From positions 164,672,001 through 164,736,000 of the forward strand of contig OX597815.1 of assembly GCA_951406725.2 (NCBI GenBank): DNA of 64,000 bases, in the 5' to 3' direction. The notes under the pieces are model-generated. The model saw nothing but the letters and a program-made list of their open reading frames with translations. It was not told where the DNA came from and did not search any database. Shown here one piece after another: positions 24,738 through 37,652 of the stretch. Positions within the stretch are counted from its first letter, which is position 1. Each line of letters begins with the position of its first letter. Made by a program: the position numbers and the translations under genes. The DNA is from Octopus vulgaris (lineage: Eukaryota).

Positions 24738-24884
24738 ATTTGTTTGTACTCTTCTAAGTTCTTTTAATATATTTAAATTATCTGGATTATTTGAACGCTG
24801 GTCCTTTAAAGTATTCACATTATCCGAGATCACCTTGATGCAGTTGTGAATGGAAGATTTCCTGTCATCATGAGCTTGTATTAA
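24738..24884 (-). CDS. MIX23: MIX23/CCDC58 exon 3 (LIQAHDDRKSSIHNCIKVISDNVNTLKDQRSNNPDNLNILKELRRVQTN)
   Basis: tttcag acceptor and gttagt donor, 147 nt. Aligns to human LMAAHASRDRVIKNCI...LKQLRKEQTK. Confidence 0.95.
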
Positions 24885-24972
24885 CTGAAAATAAATTTGA
24901 AAAAAACAATCAGCTAAAAGAAACTATTTTTCTATAAATTTCAACTGGAAATTTATTGAATTTTAATATATA

Positions 24973-25371
24973 CTAGCAGTATCGCACGGCGTTGCTCGGG
25001 TTTGTAAGGGAAATAACTATATAAGCATTTTTAGAGAGTTATAGCAAAAAAATAGCAAAAAAAATGCATTAAAAATGGGAAAAAAATTATGGTAAATTTT
25101 TTTTTTAATCGTTGACTCATCGTTGACATTTTTAGAGAGTTACTTCCCTTATATAATAGCGAAAAAATGCATTAAAATGGAAAAAAATGATGGTAAATTT
25201 TTTTTTTAATCGTAGACTCATCGTAGACGCGCGCTAATACCCAGAAGGGCTCGATATGAATCACGACTATAAGATACCCGGTTTTGGTTACACTGCACCA
25301 CAAAATGTGGGAGTAGTTAGGAATCTAAATCGTAGGAGACAGACACACAACTTCACTTTTATATATAAAGA
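24973..25371 (-). mobile_element. Non-autonomous Helitron
   Basis: On the minus strand: TCTTTATATATAAAAG 5' end, CCCGAGCAACGCCGTG hairpin and CTAG|T end. Has an internal duplication. Confidence 0.88.
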
Positions 25372-26114
25372 CTAGCAGTATAGCCCGGCGTTGCTCGGGT
25401 TTGTTTTTTAGTTGCGCTTAAACCAGTAGACTTTGATGTCGCGTTAACAAAGTTTTGACATGGTTTCAATCTATGAATAAAAGCATAGTGTGGCGATGCT
25501 CGAGTTTTCTCTGAATGTGCTACAAATGTGTAATGCCGACTTCAATTGTTGGTATTGTTGGTTAATATTCCTTCTATTAACATTATGGAGAAAAAAAATT
25601 ACCCGTAGATTTAAAGCAAAATGAAGCTCAAGTTTCAAACTGCACTGAAAATCTATTAAGAAGTTAACACTGCAACACTATTCGTTAAGAAAAAGTACAG
25701 GAAAATCCGTCGTTCGCTCAAAACCAATGACATCACAAAAAAATTCTTTCCAACCCTTTAGAATTGAAATTTTTGAAAAGTAAAAATTTTGCATTATGTA
25801 GCTTGTTATTCTCTTTAAGTAAACATTATTCTGGTTGAAATACACTGAAAAATGGTGACACAGCAGTAAAAAAAATCGTAAAAAATAGGGATTTTCATAG
25901 AAAAAAAAAAAGCACCCTTTTGATGTAAATAATTTTTGGTCTTAACACAGTCCAATTTGAATTTTTTCTTCTACGGAATGAAGAGCAAGCCTTTTTCTAT
26001 CATACTTTCAATTTTGGTCAACTTGTGCTGCAGGGTCTCGGAGGAGATAGTGTTAGTTGAAGGCTACCAAACCTGCCACACACACACAGACAACTTCAGC
26101 TTTTTATGTATAGA
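25372..26114 (-). mobile_element. Non-autonomous Helitron, long variant of the 11045 family
   Basis: A|TCTATACATAAAAAG 5' end and CCCGAGCAACGCCGGG...CTAG 3' end. 25750-26114 is homologous to 11045-11400. Confidence 0.88.
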
Positions 26115-27489
26115 TTAGGAACAAGATGGCAAGCTGGCAGAAACACACTGGGAAAAATGGATTTTGTCCGTTTGTATGTTCTGAGCTCAAATTCTGCCAA
26201 GATTAACTTTGCCTTTCATCCTTTCAGAGTTGATAAAATAAGCATCAGTTGAACACAGGGAGTCAATATAATCAACTAGACCCCACCCCCAAAATTGCTG
26301 GCCTTGTGCCAAAATTTGAAACCAGACACCTAACATTGCTGATTCCAAGACACCATATATTGCTGACATTTAACTCTTACTTCACAGTTAAATGGTTAGC
26401 AAAAAGGACTTCCAGCAGCTAAAATTACTCTCCCAACAAATAAGCCAGTCTCCCCATGCAAGCATGGAAAATGTATGGCTGTGGGGTTAAGAAGCTCATT
26501 TTGCAACCTTGTGGTTTTGGGTTCAGTCCCACTGCATGGCACCTTCTACTACAGCTTGGGTTGGCCAATGGCTTGTGAGTAAATTTGGTAGATAGAAACT
26601 GTGTGGAAGCCCATCATGTATATATATGTGTGTTTGTTCTTCATCAATACTTGACAATAAACGACGATGATGATGATGATGATGGTGTTAGTTCGTTTAC
26701 ATCTTTGTAGCAGAAGTTTGGCAAATGAGACCAATAGAATAAATAAGTATTGAGGTCAATTTGTTTGATTAAACCCTTCAAGTTAGTGCCCCAGTATGGC
26801 CACAATCCAATGATTAAAACAAGTAAAAAATAAATAAAAGAAAACCAAGGAATTTCTAACATGACTGAATAAAGTTTAAGAAATAAATGCATTTTAAGCA
26901 TCAGTTAAAGAACATGGCTTAGTAGTTAGGACATCAGGTTCACAATCATTAGGGCATAAGTTCAATTCGCAGACTAGCCAGCACATTACATCCTTGAGCA
27001 AGGTACTTCATTTCATGTTGCTACAGTACATTCAGCTAAAAACTTAGCAACACACTGTTGTCTTGTCTAGAGGAGTATTGTAGTGTTGACCTAAATGCTT
27101 TGAAAATCCAGATAAGTGCTAACCTCATGGAACAGCAGACTTGAGGCAAACTATTATTACAAAGACATTTTGCAACAACAACAAGAATACCCCACCCCAA
27201 CAACAACAAAACTGGCACTGCCCATTCTACATCAAGTAAAACTTGAAAAACATTTTCTGCAAAATGAAATATTTCTGAAGGAATAATTTTTACAAGTATT
27301 TTCCTGGATAAAAGAAAAAAAGGAATAAACTCAGATGGTAGATCAGTTAATGTACATGGCTTAGTGTTCCAGACATTAGGCTCACAATCATTAGGGCATA
27401 AGTTCAATTTACAGGCTAGGTAGTACATTACATCTTTGAGCAAAGGTACTTCATTTCATGTTGCCACAGTACACTCATCTGAAAATATC

Positions 27490-28253
27490 AGCGATGGATG
27501 AGGATAGTTGTGTGAAGAAGTGTCACACCCTAGCGACTGAGGGAACCTGTGGAAGAGTCAGACCCAGAAAGACCTGGGATGAGGTGGTGAAACACAATCT
27601 TCAAACATTAGCCCTCACCAAGGCAATGACTAGTGACTGAGACCTTTGGAAATATGCTGTGCTTTAGAAGACCTTGCAAGCCAAATGAGATCATAACCTG
27701 TGGCCTATGGCAGTGGTGTAACCAGCTCACTTATGCATACCTTTCCTCTGCTTGCGAAGAGCTGTTGAGGCAAGTAAAATCAAAATCGAAATCAAATTTG
27801 ATGACAGCACCGCATGAGTGGCATCCGTGCCAGTGGAGCACCAAGAGCACTATCCGAGCATAACCATTGCCAAGGCCGCTGACTGGCTCCCATGCCGGTA
27901 GCACATAAAATGCATCATTCGAGTGTGATCATTACCAGCATCACCTTACTGGCACCAACATTTGAGCAAGGTCATTGCCAGTGCTGCTAGACTGGCTCCT
28001 GTGCAGGTAGCACATAAAAACACCATTTGAGCATGGCTGTTGCTAGTACCACCTGACTGGCCCCCGTGCCAGTGGCATGTAAAAGCACCCACTACACTCT
28101 CAGAGTGGTTGGCGTTAGGAAGGGCATCCAACTGTAGAAACTCTGCCAAATCAGATTGGAGCCTGGTGCAGCCATCTGGCTTGCCAGGCCTCAGTCAAAC
28201 CATCCAACCCATGCCAGCATGGAAAGCAGATGTTAAACAATGATGATGATGAT
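27490..28253 (+). mobile_element. RTE-like LINE 3' end
   Basis: MDEDSCVKKCHTL..EGTCGRVRPRKTWDEVVKH ORF end, UTR and (GAT)n tail. Confidence 0.88.
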
Positions 28254-30372
28254 TTGGTTATATTTTTTTGATAACATAATAGTTTAGATAGGATGATGTC
28301 TATGTTACAATATTACAATAACCAATAATATGTTGTGTATATATAGTAATATTATGACCATGAAATTAGCATTAGCTTGTATCACACTTTCTCAAGAAAC
28401 CCCTAGGAACTGTTTACAGAACCCTAAGGTTCCAGGGATCCCTGGTTGAGAAACGCTGAGTTACATTATTACATTCTTACAAAGACACTTTACAAGTAAC
28501 CCTAACAACAAAACTGGAACTTATTGCACATCAAGCAAAACTTTAAAAAGTTTTCTATAAAATGAAATATTTCACAAGGAATAATTCCTAGAAATATTCT
28601 CATGGATAAAAGAAGAAAAAAAATGGAATAAGCTCAGATAGTAGCTCACTCACTGAACAGGATCTCCTTTTGTACATCTGCACTGGACTAATAGAATGAA
28701 AAGGTGTCATCATCATCATCTTAATGTCCACCTTTCTATGGGTTGGATGGAATTTGTCAAGGCGGACTTTCTACAGCTGAATGCTCTTCTGTCATGAACC
28801 CTAGCCAGTTTCCAAGTAATATTTCCCCAGACTAGACAGGATTTCATGGAAGATTGTAAAGAAAGGACACTGCTTGCATGACAGTGGTAATCATTTACAA
28901 CTATCACACAATGTCAAGGCATATGACAGGCTTCTTTCAGTTTCCATCTGCCAAATCTACTCATAAGAAGAAAACACTTGCCCAAGGTGTCATTCAGTGA
29001 AACTGAACCTGAAACCATGAGGTCAGGAAGCAATCTTCTTGCCACACACCCACACCTGTGCTAATATATGTATGAATAAAGAATTCATAAATGTATAAAC
29101 AGTAGAGTTGGAAGCCAAGCAGATAAATGGGAGAATGAATGATGTTCATAAAGTCTATCTTTAACTTTGAACAGCCTGACAAAAGCAGGCTGTTCAAAGT
29201 TAAACAGAAACGACTCAGACAAAAGCAATTTTTGCCTTTTAATAGTCTAAGAGATATTGAAAAATCACCAGCTTTGTCTGACTTATTTTTTTACAGTTTC
29301 TAGTTTTTAAGGCACATTTACCCAAAAGTGTTCATTAAAATAAGAAGTCTTTACAATTTTTTTACCACCCATTCCAAGACCTTTTTTCTCGTTTTTGTTT
29401 TCAAGATTCATGGCAGAGCAACATAGAACAAACTAGTTTTATTTGCTGATAACTGGTGCAAGCTTACAGTGAACTATGATACATTTTCAGGCAAATTCTT
29501 AACTTGCAGTATATATAAAAAGTTATGTTAAATAACACATTCACCGGAGTTCATTCGCCAGTACTCCAAAATGAAGTTAATTTGCCTGCGTACAATAAGA
29601 TAAGACATCAATTTCATTTATTATAGGTGCTTAAAGTTGACCTATGGCAATGAGCCAACTAAGAATGAGTCAGAAACGTAGGCTGGAGTCAGTAGAAAAT
29701 AAACAGCCTTTGATTTATGAAATTACCAAGACCACAAATGTATTGTACTCTTTTTGTATGTGCCTATGTCACTTGAAGATAGGTTAGAACAAATGTCATG
29801 CTCATGATGCCTATTATGGCAAAAACATGTCCACATCTGTCTCCTTATCTCTAGGCAATAATCCTGTCCTTTTTTTTTTTTAATGGCATTTCAACTTTGG
29901 AGAATTTTTGATTTGTGAGGTTATCTCCCCTCCGTAAATCAAGTTGTTCTTAATTTCCATTTAGTAATTGTGATATATCCCCCATAGGTGGACATAGTTT
30001 TAATAAATCAAGATTTCATGTTGTACGATTATTTTTCATGTACCTGTATTTTTCTACATTGACCATATAAATTCTACTGACCCCTCTTAGCTCATTTTTG
30101 TTTAATTTAAAAATTAAAAGACACATTTAAAATTTATCAAGAATTTCTTCATTCCATCATCATCATCATCATCATTTAACATCTGCTTTCCATGCTAGCA
30201 TGGGTTGGACGATTTTGACTGAGGGCTGGCGAACCAGATGGCTGCACCAGGCACCAGTCTTGATCTGGCAGAGTTTCTACAGCTGGATGCCCTTCCTAAC
30301 GCCAACCACTCCGAGAGTGTAGTGGGTGCTTTTTAAAAAAACAAACAAAACAAGATTTTAATACATACTTAC

Positions 30373-30498
30373 ATTTTCATATAATACTTTACACTGATTT
30401 GTTGCATTAGTATCTTTTTCAAATGTAATTGTAGGCACTGTAGTATTTAAAGCATGGATAATCCTGTCATCAATAAGACGCAGCTTCTTGAGGGATTC
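30373..30498 (-). CDS. MIX23: MIX23/CCDC58 exon 2 (ESLKKLRLIDDRIIHALNTTVPTITFEKDTNATNQCKVLYEN)
   Basis: tttcag acceptor and gtaagt donor, 126 nt. Matches the conserved IDDRIxHxLNTTVPT motif of CCDC58. Confidence 0.96.
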
Positions 30499-30727
30499 CT
30501 GAAATGAGAAAATATTTTCCTTAGGTGTAAGATTAATACAATTAATCCAACATCAAAGCAGATTCTAAAAGATTTGTCACTCTTTAATTTCTACCTAATA
30601 AATATAAGTTGTTTCAGAGAAAAATGAAATTATCTGTGCTAGTGGAGCACTAAGAGTACCATACGAGAGTGATCAGCACGTAAAAAACACCATTCAAGCG
30701 TGATCGTTATCTGCATCGCTTTACTGG

Positions 30728-31101
30728 ATGCGGATACAAATACTAGAGCAAAACAATCAGCCACTTCTTATATATGGATGACCTAAAGCTATACACTAAA
30801 ATGATAAACAGATGGAAACACTACTATAAACAGTACATGGATTTACCAAAGAAATAGATATGAAATTTGGCTTAGAAAAATGTGCCAAAGCAACCTCGAA
30901 AAGGGGAAAACTAGTTAAGAGTAGCAACATTACACTAAATAAAGCCAATGAAATAAGAGAACTAGTCCAAAGCCAGACATACAAATATTAAGGAATCAAT
31001 GAACTAGATATGATACAACACACACAAATGAGAAAGAAAATAAAGAATACTATAGAAGAGTTAGATTAATACTAAAAACAGAGTTCAATGCAGAAAACAA
31101 T
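30728..31101 (+). mobile_element. R4/Dong-like (R2-group) non-LTR RT fragment
   Basis: Reads ISHFLYMDDLKLY...MKFGLEKCAK...YKY*G...EYYRRVRLILKTEFNAENN with stops and frameshifts. Confidence 0.75.
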
Positions 31102-31703
31102 GGTGAAGCCAACAGAATAAAGAAGTGATTTTTGAGGCTGTATGTAAATTTGGGGAAATGATTTAGTTAAATGATTTGAACCAAGATTGAAAAGGAGGGT
31201 GCAATCATCATCATCATCATTTAACGTCCATTTTCCATGCTAGCACAGGTTGGATGGTTCAGGAGGCTGCACCAGGCTCCAGTCTGATCTGGCAGTGTTT
31301 CTACACCAGCCACTCCGTGAGTGTAGTGGGTGCTTTTTACGTGCCACCGGCACAGGTGCCAGGGGAGGCTGGCAGCGGTCACAATCGGTTGGTGCTTTTT
31401 ACGTGCCACCAGCACCAAGAAAGAATTAGAGATGCATTGTGATCAGTAGTGTATAACAACATTCAAAGCTGAAACTGGCTCTGACTGAGTACAAATGTCT
31501 TGTTTTCACAAGTTTTGAATTAAAATTCTCCAGACTTTAATCACAATTTATGTTCCTAACACTAGCTTAATGATAACTAAGTTATTTTACTAAATTCTTT
31601 GTTATATTTAAAGTAATTGAATCCAAAACTAAGGAGAGCAATAATGATAAATCATTTATTCTTACCCTGTTAATATGTTATTACCCTACCAATATGGTAT
31701 TAC

Positions 31704-32531
31704 TTTAAATGAAACACTTGTAAGTTCACAAACTTTTGGAGTTCTTTTAAAATTTGAATTTTCAACTGTTAGCAAACAATAAATCCTCATCTACACCTGG
31801 TTCCAATGCTGGACATTCAACAACCAAATGAAGAGCAGATTTTCAATCCTGGGACCATCCTGATTCCAAAAAAGGTATAATATGTCTATGTAGAGCAAAT
31901 CTAGACTGAGATGTAGGGGTCTCAGACAGACAGAATTTTACATTTATTATAACAGATGAACAAAAAGCAAGTAGGTAATCCAGCTCAATATTTTTTCCTC
32001 TGCTATGCCAATATTCAAATCCTTAACTCTGTATGCTTACTTCAAGAGATATAAACTGAATCTCATTTACCCTCTTGACATTATCTCAGGGGCTCATAAT
32101 CATCATCGTTTAACATCTGCTTTCCATGATAGCATGTGTTGGACGAATTGACTGAGGACTGGCGAACCAGATGGCTGTCCTTCCTAATGCCACCCACTCC
32201 GAGAGTGTAGCGGGTGCTTTTATGTGCCACTGGCACGAGGGCCAGTCAGGCGGTACTGGCAACGACCTTGCTCAAATGTTTTTTCACGTGCCAGTAAGGT
32301 GACGCTGGTAACGATCTCGCTCAAGTGGTACCTTTTACGTACCACCGGCACGGAAGCCAGTTAGCTGCTCTGTCAACGATCGTGCTCAGATGGTGCTCTT
32401 AGCGCCCTACTAACATGGATGTTGAATGTCCAGCACTGGAACTAGATGTGAATGAGGATTTGCTAACAGTTGAAAATTCAAATTTTAAAAGAACTCCAAA
32501 AGTTTGTGAACTTACAAGTGTTTCATTTAAA
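31704..32531. repeat. Inverted repeat with arms of about 120 bp (31704-31826 and 32416-32531)
   Basis: TTTAAATGAAACACTTGTAAGTTCACAAACTTTTGGAG... is reverse-complemented almost exactly at the right arm. Confidence 0.9.
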
Positions 32532-32796
32532 CTGTATTTAATATACCTTCTTATTCAAATTTTCAAAGAATCTGTGAAATTTGTTTCCTTCTGCTAAAAC
32601 ATAAATTACAAAGACACCTAACTACTTTGACAGAAAGTCTCGCTTCTTTAGCGTTCTAAGATTGTCTACTACCTTTATTAATCATTACACTATTTAATCA
32701 CCAGTAGTTATTTGCACACTCTTTGTTCTCACAATTTTTTTTTTTTTTATAATTTCAACATTTATTCTCGCATTTTTTCATTCTGACCAATTTATT

Positions 32797-32933
32797 TATA
32801 TGGAAATGAACAGAAAATAAAATTCCAGGAATGAAAATTTATTAATATGGGAATGAATAGGAAATAAAACTCCACAAATGATAATTTAAGAATATGGAAA
32901 TGAATAGGAAATAAAATTCCACGAATGATAATT
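32797..32933 (+). repeat. 47-bp tandem repeat, 3 copies
   Basis: TATGGAAATGAATAGGAAATAAAATTCCACGAATGATAATT recurs at 47-nt spacing. Confidence 0.85.
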
Positions 32934-35060
32934 ATAGGCTGGGCTATATTGAAGGAAACATGACAATCCTTTATATATATATATTGCCTTATAAGTATTT
33001 TGAATCAATAAGAAAGCTTCTATGCAGCCAAATCTCCCTCAAATTACACTCAACATCTTAAAACCAAAACAAAAATAAACTGGAAATGTAGACTTAAATA
33101 CACTACATTTGGAAAGACAAAAATGGAATTGGATTGTTACAAATGGAATACCATTGCTAATAGGTTGCTCACAGAGCTTAACTAAAGTAAAGAAATTAAC
33201 TGAAAAGCTGAAAGATCAGTTTTCCAAGACTTTAATGAGATTTATCTCAAAGAAACTTATAGGGATGTTGTACCAATGGTGTATGACTTCATTATAAGGT
33301 ATGGCAGTATGGTTAAGTAGTCTGATTTTTAACTAATTTCAAATTTGATCCACAGCTTCAGGTCAACCAAAGCCTTGAGAGTAAAATTTGACAGATAGAA
33401 CCATGTAGAAGTATGTCTGAGACTTTACTTGTTCTTTAATGGTTGACTTAATCTATAGCCAGATTTAGCGTCACCACTTGGATATTAAGTGCCATTAATG
33501 AGTCTACTACGTTGAAAACAATAAGGCCAAGTTTCCAGTCCTGGAGGTCCTGAAAAGGATAATGGGTTATGTCTTCCATTTCTGCAAAAACTAGTTAAAA
33601 ACAAAAATTGTGATGAACCTTGTGAAAGTCTTCACTATGTACACTATTATTGTACTAGTAAACATGATAGCAAAGCAACCCAGCTACAAGAATAGAGTAC
33701 ATAGTCCATGGAATTCTATTATGTAAATGACTTCATTATATTTCAAATAAGGCTGATCTCAAAACATTGAACCTTACGACAGAGATAACAGGGGCCCTAG
33801 ATATGTGGCACATTGCTGTGCTTCAGAAGACCCATCCACACACAAACAACAGAATTGAGATCCTAAAACCAAGGATCTCAAAAAAAAAGGATCTATGTAA
33901 AAAGTACTGGTGTGGATGCTGGTGCCATGTAAAAAGTACTCGGTACACTCTGTAAAATGGTTGGCATCAGCAAGGGCATCCAGCTGTAGAAACCAAACCA
34001 GAACAGACTATGGAAGCTAGTGCTGCCTCTGACCAGGAAAAATGGACATTAAATACTGATGACAATGATGATGATGTTTCAAACAAATTAATAAAAGTTA
34101 TTCAAACTTGTGAATTAAGAATATGAAATCAACAGTGTAGAACAATAGGTTACTCAGTTGTTGGGTAATTTGAATCAGCTTTGTCCAAACACACACAGAC
34201 GAGCAAATGAATGAAAGTGATCTATAAGTTTTTGATATGCTAAACTTGTTATTTTAGATCAGTGCTTTATCAACCATTTTTGTTCTATGCCGCATTATGA
34301 TTTTCCCAAAATATATGCACTCCCACATGAATGAACCAAATATGTGTGTGTGTGTGTATGTGTGTGTGTGTGTGAGTGTAATGGCACCAGTGAAATCATA
34401 GTTATGCCCGCTACCAGTGTCAAGTAAGTGGGACCTGTGCTGGTAGCGCATAAAAAGCACCCATTACACTCTCAGGGTGGTTAGCATTAGGAAGGACATA
34501 CAGCCATAGAAACCCTGTCAAATCAGACTGGAACCTGGTGCAGCTCTCCAGCTTACCAGTTTTCAATCGAACCATCTAACCCATATCAGCAAACAGATAT
34601 ATACATATACATTTTAGCAGGTCAGAAAATGTGGTTCTAAGGAATTGTTGCAAAGAGAAAAGTGAAGAATCCACTAATCACAGCCTTACCTATACCACAT
34701 TTCCTCCTATTCACCTTCCTCCCTAACACCTCCTATCCCAGTCTTGCACAACTCCACTCTCTCCTATCCAACCATCCACATGCCACACCACTCACAGACC
34801 TCTCCCTATGTCCATCTCCTTACACAGATACCTTCCTATACATGAACACAGCATCCAACCTCTTCACAGTATTATATTCCCACTTAGTCCCTAAGCATTT
34901 TTCTTTTACCTTCTTTTCCTTTCACCACCTTCCTGCCTTCCCCATTTTTCTGATGAAAGACTAGCATCTAAAATGTTAAAGTCCTTTTGTCTTTCAAGCA
35001 TTGGCATAATAACACTTTTGTTAAAACTTCTCTTAGTTGTGTTTTTTTCTTGCTTTGCTC

Positions 35061-36910
35061 ATTCATCATCATTGGTTAACGTCCATTTCCCATGCTAGCA
35101 TGGTCTGGACGGTTCAACTGGGGTCTGGGAAGCTAGGAGGCTGCACCAGGCTCCAGTCTGATCTGGCAGTGTTTCTACAGCTGGATGCCCTTCCTAATGC
35201 CAACCACTCAGTGAGTGTAGTGGGTGCTTTTTATGTGCCACCGACACAGGGGCCAGAGAAGGCTGGCAAACGGCCACGATCAGTTGGTGCTTTTTACGTG
35301 TCACCAACACGGACGCTAGTCAGATCAGCCACATTTGGATGGTGCTTTTTACGTGCTAGTGGCACGGGTATCATAACTACAATTTCCATTTGATTTTTAT
35401 TTTGATGTTGATGTTCACATACTTGACTCAATAGGTCTCCTCAAGCACAGCAGGTCACCCTACGATCCAATGTTAGCACAGCAAGCCATCCTGCGAGCCA
35501 TGAACTCACTTCATTTGTCGGGTTTTCGCAGTTACAGTATATCTCAGAGGTCTTGGTCTTTCGTCATTGCCTCTGTGAGGCCCGTGCCACCGGCACTGTA
35601 TCACAACTACAATATCCATTTGATTTTTATTTTGATGTTGATGTACTTATCATATTCATTATTTAACATCCACTTTCAATGCTGGCATGAGTTAGACAGT
35701 TTGACAGGAGCTGGCAAGCCAGAGAGCTACATCAGGCTCCAGTTGTTTGGTTTTGACAAGGTTTCTATGGGTGGATGCCTTTCCTAACACCAGCCACTTT
35801 ACAGAGTGTACTGGGTATTTTTTACATGGCACCAGCAAAGGCGCTTTTTACATGACACCAGTAAAAGTGCATTTTACATGACGCCAGCAGAAGCATTTTA
35901 TGTGGCACCAGCACAAGCACTTTTTACGTGGTACCAACACATGCGTTTTTTATGTGACACCAGCACAGGCGCTTTTTACGTGGCACCAGCACAGTCACTT
36001 TTTATATGGCACCAGCACATCCAGTAGAGCATGCTAGTTTCATTTCTTTCAAGCCTTCACAAGTCCTCTGTAGTCACAGTCTATATTTCACTGTCATGCA
36101 ACAGCTGTACATACACACAGGCATCATACTATCTGCCCTTCACTCTGAGGGAGAGACCCTTTGTTACTAACAAATGTAGAGCTCTCCAAACTTTGCCCAG
36201 CCCATTCTTATTCTAGCAACTATGCTTTCAGAACTTCCTCCTCCGTTGCTAGCTTGGTCACCTTGGTAACAGAAGCTATCTACTGCTTTTAAGGATCCCC
36301 CCTGAACATTTGAGGAAGTCTATTGCTTGCATTTTCAGTGTTTATTGTACCTGCATATTTGCTGCACAGAAGACTACTTTCTCTGTTAACCTTCCTGTGA
36401 CACTGCTACACCACTTATGTATCCAAAACTTGCATTAGGTACACCTTAAAGAGTTTCTACCTACACCTTTTCTACATATTGAGCAGGGCCATCTCCCTGA
36501 AGGGATTTGTGATTTGTCTGTGTTCCTACTTACTAGGACTTTGGTCTTTGTTAAATTAACTCTAAAACCCCTTGCTTCCACACCTGAAATGTTGTCTCTA
36601 GTTCTGGTAGTAATTCAGCTATAAGAACAAGGTGATCAGCACAGAGGAGTTCCCAAGGGTAGCCAGTCTTAAATTTCTGTTATGATCTAGAGGATGATGA
36701 TGAACAAGAAGGGGCTGAGGAACCAATCCTTGGTGAACTCCTACCTGTACACACTAAACTCATTGCTGACTTTTGCCTTACTGACAGCATCCCTGTACAT
36801 GACTTGTACAGCTCTCATCACCACTCATCAATCCCTAGCTTCTATACTGACTGCCTGATAAAGAGGGGAGGAGCTGTCAAAGGCTTTTTTCATGTCAACA
36901 AAAGCCAAAG
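35061..36910 (-). mobile_element. Stacked RTE-like LINE fragments (3' UTRs and RT), including a 26-bp minisatellite at 35818-36018
   Basis: FVDMKKAFD, ELLCADHL and CRKGVGRNS remnants on the minus strand, plus LINE tails. Confidence 0.85.
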
Positions 36911-36920
36911 ATATATATAT

Positions 36921-37652
36921 ATCATCATCATCATCGTTTAGCATCCGTTTTCCATGCTGGCATGGGTTGGACGGTGCAACTGGGGTCTGGGAAGCCAGAA
37001 GGCTGCACCAGGCCCAGTCTGATCTGGCAATGTTTCTACGGCTGGATGCCCTTCCTAACGCCAACCACTCCATGAGTGTAGTGGGTGCTTTTTACGTGCC
37101 ACCGGCACGGAGGCCAGGCGAGGCTGGAAAACGGCCACAATCGGATGGTGCTTTTTACGTGCCACCAGCACGGAGGCCAGGCGAGGCTGGCAAACGGCAA
37201 TGATCGGATGGTGCTTTTTACATGTCACCGGCACGGAAGCCAGTCAGGGCGGCACTGGCAACGGCCACGTTCGGATGGTTCTCTTATGTGCCACCGGCAC
37301 TGGTATCACAGCTACAATTTCCATTCATGTTGATCGATTTTGATTTTGATTTTCACTTGCCTCAACAGGTCTTCACAAGTAGAGTTTTGTGTCCCAAGAA
37401 GGAAAGGTATAAATAAGTGGACTGAGGCCATGAGTTATGGTCTCACTTGTCCTGCCGGGTCTTCTCACGCACAACATACTTCCAAAGGTCTCGGTCTCTA
37501 GTCATTTCCTTGGTGAGACCTAAAGTTCGAAGGTCGTGCTTCACCACCTCATCCCAGGTTTTCCTAGGTCTGCCTCTTCCACAGGTTCCCTCAACAGCTA
37601 GGGTGTGGCACTTTTTCACACAACTATCTTCATCCATTCTCGCCACATGGCC
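36921..37652 (-). mobile_element. Young RTE-like LINE 3' end; an inverted partner lies at 37820-38120
   Basis: Intact ORF end ARMDEDSCVKKCHTLAVEGTCGRGRPRKTWDEVVKHDLRTLGLTKEMTRDRDLWK; flanked by (TA)n. Confidence 0.9.
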
